From NCBI GenBank assembly GCA_951406725.2, contig OX597823.1:68758001-68822000 (forward strand): a DNA stretch of 64,000 nucleotides, read 5' to 3'. Below are positions 49,611 to 63,480 of this stretch, in pieces. Position numbers and translations under genes: made by a program. Numbering within the stretch: the stretch's first letter is position 1; every line of letters begins with the position of its first letter. The stretch is from Octopus vulgaris (lineage: Eukaryota). The notes beneath the pieces are model-generated. The model searched no databases and had not been told where the DNA came from. It saw nothing but the letters and a program-made list of their open reading frames with translations.

Positions 49611-52600
49611 TTCCTAACAGATACGCAAGGCCACACATTTAAGTGAGGGGTGTATCTGATTAGATTAACCTCAGTAACTGTTTGGTCGCAATGATAAAAT
49701 GTCAAGTAAATTTTGGTAGGATTTTGATTCAGTGTAAAGAAATGCAATTAATTATTACACTGCATTTTGTTCCCTGCTCTACTAATTCTGCAAATACATC
49801 ATAAAAATAATTCTCCAGAAGGCACATAGACCGAAATTTTGGGGTAAGCGCGCTAGTCAATAACATCAATTCCCATTGCGCAACTGTTACTTATTTTATT
49901 AATCGCAAAAGACTGAAATATAAAGTCAATCTTTGTGACATCTGAACTCAGAACTTAAACCTAGAAAAAATGCTGCTAAACACGTTGTTGTGGAAAGTAA
50001 CTGTTCTGCCAGCTCACCACCTTAATAATGATAGTGATAATATATATTGATAATAATGATGATAATTCTTTCTACTCCAGGCAAAAGGCCTAATAGCTTG
50101 GTAGTGGGACTAGTCAATTATATCAAGCCCGAAGCATTGGAATTCAGAATGTAAAGCTGGCATTTTAATGATTCTGTCATCTCACCACCTTTTATAACAA
50201 GGACTTGCATTAACGCGCAAATATGCATATGTTCTTCAGCATCATCTGAGTTAATATAATTCATTTTCTCAAGTTTCTTTAGCTCCTAAACTGTTGATAT
50301 GACAAAAATTACAAATCAGGATCCATGTTCTCCAGAAATGCTTAAATAGTGTCAACAATAAGTTCATGATATAATTTATAAGCACATGTAATTACCAATT
50401 AAAATAAAAAAGTATTATTATTGTAATATTATTGTTTTGACTGAAAATTCAAAGAACAACCTTCTTAAAACAAAGAAGAAAAAACACAAGAATTTGAATT
50501 GATATTCTTTGACAAAAGCAGCTGCCCAAAACATTAGATTTCTCATCAGATTATGGCTTGTTAATTTATTCTACTTTGTGACTGTAAATAAGTTTTTGAA
50601 ACAAAATTAGCTATAATGACGAAACAAGCTTATTAGTTTCGATAAAGGAAATAAAATCTAATTTATCATTGTAACTGAGATATATTTCTAAAACTTATTT
50701 TAATTTATTTACTTTAACTTTTTTTTTTCAGGTTTTAGTAATCTATTTCTAATATTTATCTATCACTATTTTATAGTTCTTATTAGAATTGAGAAAAAAA
50801 CACATTACTTTATTGCATTAGGATCAAATAATTTCTACTAAATGGTTCCTTTGGAATCTCACTCAACAACACATGGTTATGTAGCTAAAATAAGCTATTA
50901 AATAAAACATAATGTCTGTTTCACATTGACTTTGGTTGTCAATGTGAAATCAAATTTTTATTACATCAGAGTCTTTCAAAGCATGAAGACAATATGACTT
51001 TGAAGATTACTCAGAAATGCAAGATTTGTATGCCTGCCACATATATTGGTATCTTCTAATCAATTTTTTATGACTCATTCAGATTGTAAGGATCAAGCTA
51101 TGAGCTAAACAAATCAATGGTAAGAATCATTTGTGATGTTGCATTTACAAAAAGTTCCATAAGTTTCTTCAGTAATTTCTAGGGGAAAAGATGACAAAAA
51201 GGTTAGCAAAATCTTGTTATGAATATTCAATATAGAGAAATGAAATAGCAATACTTAAATGTAAAAGACTAGAACACAGCACAATAGGAAAGCTAAACTG
51301 TTCAAACAAAATCAATGGTTTTCCAATTCATGTGTGGCATAGATATACCGCACTTGAATAAAAACTGATAGCTTTAACATTCAGTAAAGCTTTTACAAAA
51401 GAGTAGGATAAAAGGTATTAGAAGTAATGTGATATATTTCGGGTAGTTTCTTACAAAATGACTGAAATAGAAATTATAGCTTTAAATAATGTTTATAGTT
51501 GAAACGCACACATTTATCATTACATCCAAATACATTGGAATATTTAATCGCACAAAAATATCGATACACTCATCTCACAGACACAGTATCACAGTATCCA
51601 TAAACTATCATAGATTTAATATCTGTTGTCATAGGTTTGATAGGTCTGTTATTGATCCATGCTCAATATCCATCAATCCCATTTCATTTAATATGAAAAT
51701 TCAAACATTATAAGAAATAGTCTAATTACATTTTCTAGGGTTTACCAAGTCTTTATCTAATCTATATAAAAACCATAACTCACTCAAATTTTCTTGATCC
51801 TAACATTCTTTTCCCAACCAGAATACAATACAAGTTAGGATATTGTTTAATGTGAATCCCAACTTTCTTGATACATAATCAATAGAAATATCTTATTTGA
51901 TATTAACCAAAAGGCTTGTAAGTATTTTAATATATTTACTATAGCCATAAAATCTATAAGAAATTGTATCAGTATCTACCTATATGTGTAAATTTGATTT
52001 TAGTGTCTCTAATTTAAATTTTCATATAATTTGTAACAGAGTCACATTCTTTTAAAAATTTTACTCCAAATTTGAAGTTTTTCTATGTTTACTTAGTTGT
52101 CATTAGTAAAAATAATAGAGACTTCTTAGTTTTAAATTTCTGAAATACATGGAGTAGGCATTAAAGTGATTGCTCAAATATATGTAACGAAATCAATGAC
52201 AAATAAGTTTTAAGTTGTTATGGGAATTTTAATAGTGGTACACAATGAAAAACTGTCAAATGCAAAGTAGGTATTTATTTGTTATATAATTCTTCTGAGA
52301 CACCTGGTTTTACTTCATGGAATAAACGTAAATTAGATTTTATAGCTTATACTTTGAACATATACATTAGCCTTTTACTTTATTATCGACTATTTTGTAA
52401 TTTCACTTACTCTATGCTTTTGCAGTTGTTGATACTAGATATAAAATAAATTCTCGTAAAATTTCATTTATTGAGATAGCAGCTAATTATACCTAAATCT
52501 ACTCCAATACTTTCGTGGTACAATTAAATTCCTGCTACTTTCTTTCCTTCATAGCCTGAATCAATTTACTTCTTACCTTTAGCTTACTGTCTACAACAGA

Positions 52601-53702
52601 CCTCTCTTTCAGTTCCAGTATGTGTATGCTCTTGTTTATTTTTGCTGTTTAGCAATCTATCATACTGATACTTCTGTTTGTTTGCATCATCAAGTTAAAA
52701 TATAAAAACCTTGTAATTGACATTATCCTTAGCTTTTTATCTTTTACTCAGATACACGACCCTTATCCTTTCAGCATAAAACATCTTGTCAATTAACCTT
52801 CCATTGAATTGTTATTTACAATTTATGTAATGTTTCTTTACTTAATAAAGTGAAGTGCAACTGACAAGTTCTGAAGAACAGAAACACAGGTATTGAATCT
52901 TAAGTATGTAAAATATTTACAGTAAAGATGACAAATAAAAAGAAGATTGATATAGTGGAAAAAACAGAACTAAATGAAAACTGATTGTCAGGGAACAGCT
53001 GAGTTACTGGATAATAGATTAAGAAAGTTCCATCATCAAAAGTAATTATGATTCAGTGAGAAATATTTTGATTGCAATGATTAACTTCCATCATATACTA
53101 TAGAAAATAAACTTTGCTAACAGATTGCCCTCTTGCTTGCAAAGAAAGATCACATTTCCCCTAAGCATATAAATTAATTTTGTGAAATTAAATCTAAATT
53201 TCTTAGAATAATCTCCTATTTTCTTTAGGAGTTGCTCACAATAACTGTTAAAACTTGATTTCTTTCTGCAACTAAGATGGAAATTTCAATTAATTGAGAA
53301 TTTTTTCCATACATTATTCAAAACATCACTCTTTAACTTATCTAAATTCCTACCACAAACCCACTTAAAGTCTTGCTGTTTGCTCATTTTACATTTTTAT
53401 TTTATATTTCACATATAATCAAGAATTTTGCTATCATTAAATAGAATTCCACAAGCTGAAGACCTTGTTCCAAGAGAGATGAATAAGTATTAGACATGAT
53501 AAGTTTAGTAGAGTAGAAAAATCATTTTGAAAACAGATTTTCAATCATCGTAATTGGATTTCTATACTATTCTTGATCATATTAGTTAGAAGGTGGCAGG
53601 AATGGTAGACTATGTTAGAGTTGGTGCACGAAAGTTCTCTCTGTAAGTTAAGAGATAATAAAAAGTAAACAAAACCACAATGAAAAATCTGATGTTCTGA
53701 AT

Positions 53703-53931
53703 TTATGAGGCGAGAATATTCGCAAAATATGGTGGATAGAATTGTAAGGCAGCGAATATTTCTCTGGAAAAATTATTGGTTCCAATTAAGAAAACTTTTA
53801 GCATCTGCAGCATTTTTCTGAATGAGAAATCTGAAAATGGTTGTACCAATGACATCACCGCCATTATATTAAGCCCAAGGATAATGATTAAAAGTTTTCT
53901 ATCTTCTGTTTCCTGAGAAATGTCTTATTCT
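53703..53931 (-). CDS. Candidate proximal terminal exon; acceptors at 53931 (RIRHFSGNRR* or ENKTFLRKQKIENF*) and 53912 (69 aa, ETEDRKLLIIILGLNIMAVMSLV...NILAS*)
   Basis: Acceptor tcttgtccatctttgttacag; CpG-retaining segment followed by several kb of repeat-free UTR-like sequence. Confidence 0.4.
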
Positions 53932-56206
53932 CTGTAACAAAGATGGACAAGACAAATGTAATGGTTGCCCTGACTTTGTGAAATTCTGACATTTTTTCTA
54001 TCAAAGAAGCAGTCTTTTAATTCTAATATCTCACCATGTAGGTAGTCTACAGGTGTAGTGTGAATGTATACAGCTTGCAATATAGCAAGCATCCAGTTAT
54101 AAAAATACTTGCTCTCAAGTTAGCATGGAAAGAAATGGATGCAAAACAGTATGTGCCTACCATTTACTTCTCCATTATTAAATAATAAAAGACTTAATTA
54201 ATATTTTCCTTTCAATATAGCTTCACAATATTTCTAACTCTAAAACTAAGAATCTTTTAAGCTACAAACATTTAGAAAATGGATATCATATAAGACAAAC
54301 TAATACCTTAGAAGCTTTTATGATTTATGAATGCATATATATATATATATTGCAAATAAAAGTGCATGAATACAAGTTATAACTTATTTACTCAATGGTA
54401 TATCTTGTAACAACTCGGATATATTCAGAGAAAAACAATTTAAATTTGTTGCTGCAAACCACAGAAAAATGCAGAAAATCTTAGATACTTAATATTTTAA
54501 ATCTAGATGGTATCCACATTTTCTTCTCCGTCATTTGTTATATGACATCTACTATTTTATCAAGTGAATGATTTATGTTAATATGTACATACACGTTTGC
54601 AGTTAACTATGTCTAAACATGTCTGAAGTTTTGATTGCTTTCACCCCATACATGCAGTTAAACACTGCAATCTCTATAACATTACTTTTTTTTACAATAA
54701 TTGGTTATCTTGAAAGGTTGCAAGATACTAAACTACTCACCATACTAAAAATTCAAGACAGTAATGACTGCTCATGCTAATATACCAAGTTCTTCATTAC
54801 TGTTGGTTCATATAACTAGTTTGAAAAGCTGTAAAATTCAGTTATGCAATACTATTTATTTTTTCAGAAAACAACACATTGAGTTTTAATCTTATTACTG
54901 ATAAGTATTATAAAATCGAGGTAAAGCTCACAGACAAAGCAAATCTGCAATGAGATTTAATTATTTTAATATCTCTTTGGAAGAAACATGCACAACAGGA
55001 TATTATTGTCTATTATCTTTAAATCTGTCCCCATGATCATAGTTAGCTATAATTAATAAGGTGATTGCAATTATTACTATAAGTGATTATCTGTAATTAT
55101 TCTTATGCTAATTACCCTTATCATTGATGTCACTGACATTAATAGTCTTAACTTTCTCACTGCCATCATAATTACCACCACTAACGATGATGATGAGGAT
55201 TATGCTCTCAGAATCTGAAAGATGATGATGATTCTGCTCTCAGAATATGAAAGATATTTTCCCTCCAAGTTTGAGCTTAATGAATGTAATATATTTCAGA
55301 TTTACATGAAGAATATATATTTTTATCAGAAAGGGTTTCAAAATATTAAATAAATAAAGTTATTAAAAAAATTTTGAAATAGCAAATATTTACTGTATTG
55401 AGAAGATATAGTTTGTTACAAGGGCAAAGATATATCAAAACAATATGTAATATGTAAATATTAATTGAAACATGGGCACAGGTAGGGCTCTATGGGTAAG
55501 AAGTTTGATCTCACAACCACATGGTTTCAGGTTCAGTTCCAATGTGTGGCACTTTGGGCAACTTCTACTATTGTCCCAGGTTGAACCAATGGCTTATGAA
55601 CGAATTTAGTAGAAAGGAATTGTACAAAACCCCATTGTGTGTGCATGTATGTGTGTGTGCATGCACGTGTGTGTATCCGTTTGAATATTTACATTTTGCA
55701 TTGAGTTGTCATTTTGCATTGGTGTCATTTTTTGATTTCTTAGGCAACAAATCATATGATAGCTCTGCACTCAAGAAAATAATACTCTCTTATATGAAAA
55801 AACAAGTGAGTGTTATTGACTAGAAGGGCATCTGGTTGTAAAAACAATCTCAAAAATATGTATTTGTTTAATCTAACCAAGCATGGAGTAACGAATGTCA
55901 AATGAACAAACAATTTTATGGCAGAGAGTGAATGGTTCTAAGTGTAATTTATTTTCATTGCTAGTGTCAAACTTACAGCATTTAATTTCATCTTTCTACA
56001 TTTTGGGTTCAAATCATATTATGCTTTGCTTTTCTGATTCTTCAGTTAATATAACAAATCCCCTTACCAGATTGTAGTTTAATTCAAATAACTACTCCTT
56101 CCCCTGCAAATATTTTCCTTCTGTCTAGTCAAAAGAAATCAATAGTACTGAGCAGCAGAAATGGATGTTATAATTAGTTGTAGGAACAACACAATTTCAA
56201 GCTTAC

Positions 56207-56235
56207 CAACATCTGATACAAAAGCACTAGTCGAC
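56207..56235 (-). CDS. Candidate 29-nt exon (GRLVLLYQML or RSTSAFVSDV)
   Basis: Acceptor tttttatag, donor TTG|gtaagc; joins the 62638-62670 exon with two open frames. Confidence 0.45.
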
Positions 56236-56484
56236 CTATAAAAATCAGTGCTTTTGTCAAAATGGTTCCACTTCGATATAATCTGAAACAATCAATTCTT
56301 ACCATTTTTGCAGTACTAGTAAAACTGTTTGCAGATAACATTGGTTTTATGAAGTATCCCAGATTCCATGTAATTAGTAATTGCATTCTTCTTTTTGGCA
56401 GTGATATCAATATTCTCCAGATTGGAAGATAATCAATTTATTTTGACTAGGAACAAATACTAAATTTTTGTGAGAGAGAAAATA

Positions 56485-56690
56485 TTGGTTTCAAATTTTG
56501 GCACAAGGGCAGCAATTTGGGAGAGGGGGTAAGTTGATTACGTCGACCCCAGTGTTCAACTTATTGACCCCAAAAGGAAGAAAAGCAAAGTCAACTTTGA
56601 TGGAATTTGAACTGAGAATGTAAAGACAGATGAAATGCTACTGAGTGTTTTGCTTGGAATGCTACTAATTCAGCAAGCTCACTGCCTTTG
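56485..56690 (-). mobile_element. SINE family B
   Basis: Reverse complement of the Meta-like core and tail (GGTTTCAAATTTTGGCACAAG). Confidence 0.75.
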
Positions 56691-57229
56691 AAAGTAAAAA
56701 ATATGAAATGGTGACAAGTATATTGAAATGCCATTGACCAGGAACAGAAAAACTGATGTCATACAATAACAGATGGTCACAAATGATCAAGGGGAAAAGA
56801 ATGGTTTATTGCATTGATTGTCCATTTATTACTGTATAATGATGGAATTGGAAATAAAAAAAAACTCAAGTCAAGCCTATCACTGGTATTGCAGCTACAC
56901 CAGTAATAACACTACTACCACCCACCAATATGAGGACTGGGCTGAAAACAGACAATCCATATAACAAATAATCAGGAATGATTAATGAAGATTCAGTCCA
57001 AGAAACCAAACTCTGAGAAATAGCCTAGCTCAATATTAAGTAGGAATTATATCAGTATTCTCAATGTAACTATGGGTGCACAAGAGCTGTAGTGGGTTCA
57101 CAGGTAGGCTGAGAGAGAGATTCTATATGTAGCAGGTATACAAAAGTAGTTGGCAGTTAGAGCCCCCATAAAATAAATTCTTTCAAATGTCTAGAAGGCT
57201 CCTTAGTTGTTGTTAATATTTGTTACCTT

Positions 57230-57432
57230 AGTAAAGGTAGTAAGCTTGCAGAGTTACTAGCACCCCAATGAAATGCTTAGTGGCATTTAATCTGTCTTCA
57301 TGTACTGAGTTCAAATTCTGCCGAGGTTGACTTTGTCTTCATCCTTTTGGGGTTGATAAAATAAGTTCCAGTTAAATACTGGGGTTGATGCAATTGACTT
57401 ATCTCCACCTCGAAATTACTGGCCTTGTGCAA
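57230..57432 (+). mobile_element. SINE family B with TSD
   Basis: Meta-like core; aatatttgttacct on both flanks. Confidence 0.85.
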
Positions 57433-58081
57433 ATATTTGTTACCTAAGTGATATAATAAGTGAAAGTGAGTGCTCAGACAAAATAGTATCCAGACAAAGA
57501 ATGGGCTGAAAAAAGTTCATATAGCTATTACTCTTGCTAACAAAGGAATTCTGTCCCTATCTGAAGGGCAGATTGCATGATGTATGTTTTTGAAGTAAAA
57601 TTACTAGCAAAACATGGCCATTGAAAGTGGATCATGTACTGATGATATATTGAAGCTGGACAGAAATGAGGCAGGTATGCAGGTATGAATGGGTTATTTT
57701 GATATGAACGAATAATATAACACAAAATGATTTGAGAGAAAAATTGAGTATAAGAGTTATTGGCAGCAGTATGCAAGAAAGGAACTATGCTGGTACAGAG
57801 AATGACAGTTAGATGAAAGAAATGCTAAAGGACTCACGTGAAAGAAACTTGCAAAAGATGTGGGAAGAAATAAGAAGTAAAAGTTTCATAGCAGTAAAAC
57901 ATAGATATTGAATGCAGAGCAAAATGGATAGAGAGAAGTGACGCAAAATATCCAGTATTTTTTTTTTTAAATATGGTTGCTGCCTTTATGTATTACATGG
58001 GTTATTAAGTTAAATAAAGAATTTCTTGATGCTGAATCACTTTACTTCTCTCGTTCAACTTTTATTCAATCTTATTATATA

Positions 58082-59800
58082 ATGTCAAACTTCCTTCAAG
58101 CTAAAGAATTGGATATTAATGTAAATGATGGAAATGCCAGTAATGAATGCAGACATCAGTTGAGAAAATTTGAGTGTTTCATAGACAGTTTCCCCAAAGA
58201 AAATCAACCAAACAAATTGGATGTTTTGATAAATTTGGTATCAACAACAATCAATGAAATAACCACTGAATGTAATAACTACAATACTGCAATTACTCTT
58301 CTCAATTCTATTTTGTTTAAGAAAAATGTAATTTTTCCAAGACATTAACTAACCATTAGTGAGACTTGAGAGAGATTTTGGACCAATTTATTCAAGTTTT
58401 TGGTTGCTAGCCAAGGACTGCAATTTCAAATCAGTTATAGTCCATACACACACAGATGAAATAATTTGGGATGCCTTTATTACAGGCTTGCAGAACATTA
58501 GTATGTCAATGACTTTCATAATCTGATTTTCAAACATTGAAAGATGCTATTTCTAAAGGATATTCTCAAGACATTGCAAAAGAAAAAAAAAAACATTCAA
58601 TTTTAATCTTTTCAAATACAAGAGACTAACAATAACTACAATTTCAACAGAAACAACAATCTACATAATCTGCCACACCTCAAATTCTAGACAAGAGGAA
58701 AATACTGTAATAAATTAAACTTAAGATAGACAAAGATGCATTTTTTTTTGCAGAATCATTAATGAAAGATTCAAATGTTCAGCAAAAGTTATTTGTAAGC
58801 AATGTCATATGAAAATACATTTCACCTATTTGCAGATCATAAATTTTCTGTAAATGTGTGCTTGCATTAATATTGGTAGCTATTGGTAACAAATCAGAGT
58901 CACTGTCTTCTTATTTGCTACCAATTTCTGTGAATGATATATAAGAGGGTTCTTACTGCTAGTGACAGTACAAAATCTTTTATAGAGGAAGTATTGTGAT
59001 AAAACATAAATTACCAGTTTAACCATCAAGCATAAATTTCTTATGCTAATAATTTCTCTGAAACAATACTTGAGTCATGTGTGGTAAGAATTATTCTCTC
59101 TGCTAGATGCTACCAAAGTGTTACATTCTACAATTTTGGTGCCAATTGTGGTATTATATAATGTATCAGTATTAATGGGCAGAGTAAGGCAGTGAGTTGG
59201 TAGAAATGAAAGCACACTGGGGAAAATGCTTAGCGGTATTTCATCCATCTTTGCATTCTGAGTTCAAATTCTGCTGAGGGCATAAGTCAATGTAATCGAC
59301 TTATGTCCTCCTCCAAAATTACTGGCCTTGTGCCAAAATTATAACCCAATATTAATGGGTAGAGCGTAGCACTACTGATAAATTTTGCTATTGTAAATCT
59401 TGAAACAATGGTATTAGCACAATGCTGAAATACTCTTGTATTTGCAAATCTTGATTCTAGTTGTAGGATGATAATGACATAATCCCATTGATTTACATTT
59501 AGGGGCCATGCTTTGGTTATGTTTATTAAGAATGTGATTCCAATATATGGTAGATCCATCTTCAATAATAACAGCATCACACTGAATGCTGTATAATAGC
59601 TGACTAGTTTCCTATTGGCTATTTGCTTACTTCCACTTCTTCTTAGCTTCATTTTGTAAGAAAAACACTTCCACTTTTTGATCTGGAGGATATTGTATAC
59701 CCAAAACAATATAACCACGTATATATGCAAGAAAATCAACAAAAAATGTATAGACTTTGATGAAATTATTTTACATAATGCCAATAGAAGCAATGAAGAT
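58082..59800 (+). mobile_element. Degenerate Ty3/Gypsy gag-pro-(RT) remnant, interrupted by a family B SINE at about 59185-59348
   Basis: Gag-like MSNFLQAKELD...FECFI...KLDVLINLVS...KKNVIFPRH, LLAKDCNFKSV...IWDAFITGL, zinc-knuckle remnant (CKQCHMKIHF) at ~58790-58830 and a protease-like DSTKSFI at ~58963. The right boundary is uncertain. Confidence 0.8.
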
Positions 59801-59874
59801 TATCTTTAAGTTTATGGCTCTCATCATATTCTTAACCAGCAACTAATAATATATAGAAATCTTTCAGCCTCCAC

Positions 59875-59968
59875 ATACCACCACGCTTTGGTCAGCCACC
59901 ACACTTTGGTCCACCTACCACGTTTTAGTCAGCCAAGTATCCACCCACCATGTTTTGGTCAGCCAAGG
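59875..59968. repeat. Short minisatellite of CCACCACGCTTTGGTCAG-like units
   Basis: Four imperfect copies visible. Confidence 0.7.
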
Positions 59969-60102
59969 GTTGCCTCAGAAGGCGTTGCCCAAGGTGCCAT
60001 GCAATGGGACTGAACCTGGAACCAACTAGATAAAATTATGAATTACTACTAATATTATGTTTGGTAGCCTGCAAAGAAGTGTACATGAATCTTTGAAGAT
60101 CA

Positions 60103-60103
60103 T

Positions 60104-60169
<66 letters not shown>
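60103..60169. repeat. (CA)n microsatellite
   Basis: Visible repeat. Confidence 0.95.
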
Positions 60170-60170
<1 letters not shown>

Positions 60171-61051
60171 GGACCCATGCAAACACACATAATGAGGAAA
60201 GAAAAATAACTCAGAATTGTCATGACGAATAAAGGTATATTAAATAAAATACTAGATAAATTCTTTCCACTTCCAGAAAAGGTAGACCAATCACTTGGCA
60301 GCAGTTTGTACCAACTCCAAATGCAGAGGTGAGATAATCTCTGGGATCAAAAATTCTCCAAAACTGATATGCTGCTAAGGAGAAGGCAGTCTGATTATCT
60401 AGCCATGGATGCAAGTTTCTGCCTCAGCAAGCATCATCAGCACACAATTTCCCTTCATCATTATCATCAGACAAAAAACTCAAGCATACACAGAGGAATA
60501 GAACATAGTTGTACCTCAGGTAATTTGCATAAATGCAGCAAAAATGAGCTAAGTAAAGTAACTTTGGGTGAAGTTACTTGAGCATATTCTTGAGCAACTA
60601 CGATTAATCAGTATAATTCATTTCTTAAAATTATCTCTGTCACTTGAAATGTATTTACTTCCATGTTTAATGATTCATTGTGAATTCTCGGGGGGGGGGG
60701 GGAAGCTGAATCAACACATTTAAAATTTGTGATTGTTCATTTTCACCTTACTTTGTAAGTTAACATGTAAGATATAATACAAATGTAAGATATAATACAA
60801 GAAAAAAAAATGAACTCAAAGATCGCCACAAACAACACATTTTTCATGACATGTCAAAGCACTGACCACTCCTCATTGCCCCACCACCAAAAAAAAAACA
60901 TGAAATATATTCACAGGCATACATCAACTCACTGTAATTCCAACATATGTGACTTAACTCAAAAAATGACGATAAAAAAAAATATTAAAAAAAAACACAA
61001 ACTTAAAACTTTATGTCTACTTTAATAAATGGTTTGAAAATACTTTGCCAT

Positions 61052-61460
61052 AGGCATAGGAGTGGCTGTGTGGTAAGAAAGTTGTTACTAACCACATGGT
61101 TCTGGGTTCAGTCCCACTGCATGGCACATTGGGCAAGTGCCTTCTACTATAGCCTCAGGCTGACTAAAGCCTTGTGAGTGGATTTGGTAGGCAGAAACTG
61201 AAAGAAGCACGTCGTGTATATGTATATATATGTGTGTATTTATATGTTTGTGTGTCTGTGTTTGTCCCCCCAACATCGCTTGACAACTGATACTGGTGTG
61301 TTTACATCCCCGTAACTTAGCGGTTCAGCAAAAGAGACCAATAGAATAAGTACTAGGCTTACAAAGAATAAGTCCCGGGGTTGATTTGCTCGACTAAAGG
61401 TGGTGCTCCAGCATAGCCACAGTCAAATGAGTGAAACAAGTAAAAGAACAAAAAAAAGAA
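61052..61460 (+). mobile_element. SINE family A
   Basis: Full-length copy with an A-rich tail. Confidence 0.92.
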
Positions 61461-61909
61461 TATGTATTTTATATGGCTCCTCACTTCAGCATTACGTGAT
61501 TTTTAAGTTTCAATGCTTTTAAATATGTTTGCTGAGACCAATATAAGGTTGGATAAATTGACTGCGGTGTACATAAAATAACCACAGTTTTTGACTAAAG
61601 TTGCATAGATGAAAAAGAAAGGTAATTCATAGGAAGACAGAGGAAGTGGATCATGAGACATTATTACCTATGAAGTGAGAAAGGGGGTTAATATTTTATC
61701 ACGAAATAATTGGTTTCAATTTAACTTTTAACTATTTAGTGCTTCTTTACATTTCTGTTGATTAAAATCAGCCTCACAGTATACTTATTAATTTATTTTG
61801 CTGTTTCAGAGATGAAAGGCAATAACAATTCTAGAGTAAGAATAATTCTTAATGAAAAGTGTATGAAATAATTGTGATCAACGTAATGGGCTTCTTTGTC
61901 TTGTTAACA

Positions 61910-62384
61910 ATACAGTAGACTAAAGCAGCAAGCTGACACAATTGTTAGCATGCTGATTAAAATGCTTAGCAGCATTTCATCCATCTTTCTATTCTGGGTT
62001 CAAATTCTGTGAGGTTCACTTCGTCTTTCATCCTTTCAGGGTCAATAAAATAAGTATGAGTTGAACACTGGGGTCGATTTAACTGACTTACTCCTCCCCA
62101 CAAAATTGTTGGCCTCTTGGTACCAGGATTTGAAATCAATAATACAGTAGACTTTAAAGTGATCAGCTGGTAGAGTCATTTGCATGCCATGCAAGTATGT
62201 TTAGTAGCATTTCATCTGTCTTCCCTTTTTAGTTCAAATTCTGCTAAGTTTGATTTTGCCTTTCATCCTTTAGGGATTGATAAAACAAGTACCAGTTGAA
62301 CACTAGGGTTGATGTAATTGGTTAGCCTTTACCCTGAAATTGCTGGCCTTTTGCCAAAATGTCAAACCAGTTATACAGTAGACT
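61910..62384 (+). mobile_element. Two tandem family B SINEs bounded by three copies of ATACAGTAGACT
   Basis: Direct repeats at 61910, 62142 and 62373; each interval holds one Meta-like SINE. Confidence 0.85.
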
Positions 62385-62637
62385 TAAATAATGTAGACTA
62401 CTGTGACTTGGTTTCACTAATCTGTATATTGTACTTTCTTAAAAGTGGATGGATTAGCTCAAGCATATTCAACTTGACATCATGCTGACATCAACATTTG
62501 CTGCTTATGTGCTGAAGTTTGAAATTAGTGGGTAAAGACATAAAATTGGTGGTAGAGAGAGAGAGAGGGATTTGGAGATAGAAAAGTATGAAGTGGTTAT
62601 ATGTTTGAGGATAAAAGCAATAACTAGTATACCTTAC

Positions 62638-62670
62638 CTTTCTTCTCTCTCATATCTCCAAAGTTTTTCA
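62638..62670 (-). CDS. Candidate 33-nt exon (KNFGDMREKK or EKLWRYEREE)
   Basis: Strong donor AAG|gtaagg, purine-rich body, acceptor tgtaaaacag, length a multiple of 3. Confidence 0.45.
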
Positions 62671-62920
62671 CTGTTTTACAGTCACAAATACACAGGACCC
62701 ATTACTCTACAAAGGCATCTGAATACACTAGAACTCAAACAATTAAATTTTTAAGTCATAGGATTTAAAACTGTAGAATTTAAAGCAACTATATAAAGTT
62801 GGTGTACACAACTGAAACAGCATTGAATTAGAGTAGCCATATAAGTACCATACAGGCATTAAACGTCATTAAATTAGAGTAGCCAATAGAAGTACCATAT
62901 AAGTAGGCATATAAGTACCA

Positions 62921-63480
62921 TACCGTAAAAACCCATGTAATTTGCGTACTTTTTTTTTTGCAAAAGCAAAAGTAGCTTTAGTGTGTGCATAAATTACCCG
63001 AGTAGATTGTTTTCAGAATGATTTTAGAATTTTTTTTGTTGAAAAATGACGCACAGATGTAAACATTCCCACCAGAAGTTGACACATTTAATGTCAGAAT
63101 AGGTTTTTACAGAAAAAATATAATGAAGTTGACTTTTACTTATCATGTATGGCATAATGCTTACTATTTCTGTATAAATTTACTAAAACCATTAAATGGT
63201 TAACTACTTTTTGAAGTCTAATGTTCAAGCTGGTAGTCACAGTCCAGACCATATTTTACGTTGCTTGGAGTTTTTACCTATCGCAATGGAGCCCAGCAAT
63301 TTCCTTAAATATTTCAGTTGTTCTCCGCTTAAGAAGTCTAGCTTGCGTTTACCTCCAGGAAACTGTTGCTCACTTTCTCTGTGTTAGGACAATGAAATTT
63401 ATCACTGCTGACATTGCTGCTACCAGCTCTTACTGCATCTAACACCAACAACAACATCATAATTCATCCTTGTGTATGTA
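62921..63480. mobile_element. Possible pogo/Tc2-like DNA transposon end
   Basis: TA|CCGTAAAAACCC start followed by a T-run and a partial internal inverted repeat typical of pogo/Tc2 ends; extent unclear. Confidence 0.35.

Noticed and set aside
56303-56446. Possible minus-strand exon ending in ATG|gtaaga
   Set aside because: Stops in all three frames from the nearest acceptor; could only be a non-coding or poison exon and lacks other support.
60277-60328. Plus-strand exon-like segment KGRPITWQQFVPTPNAE|gtgaga
   Set aside because: Isolated, with no compatible plus-strand partner exons; may be a LINE C-terminal remnant or chance.
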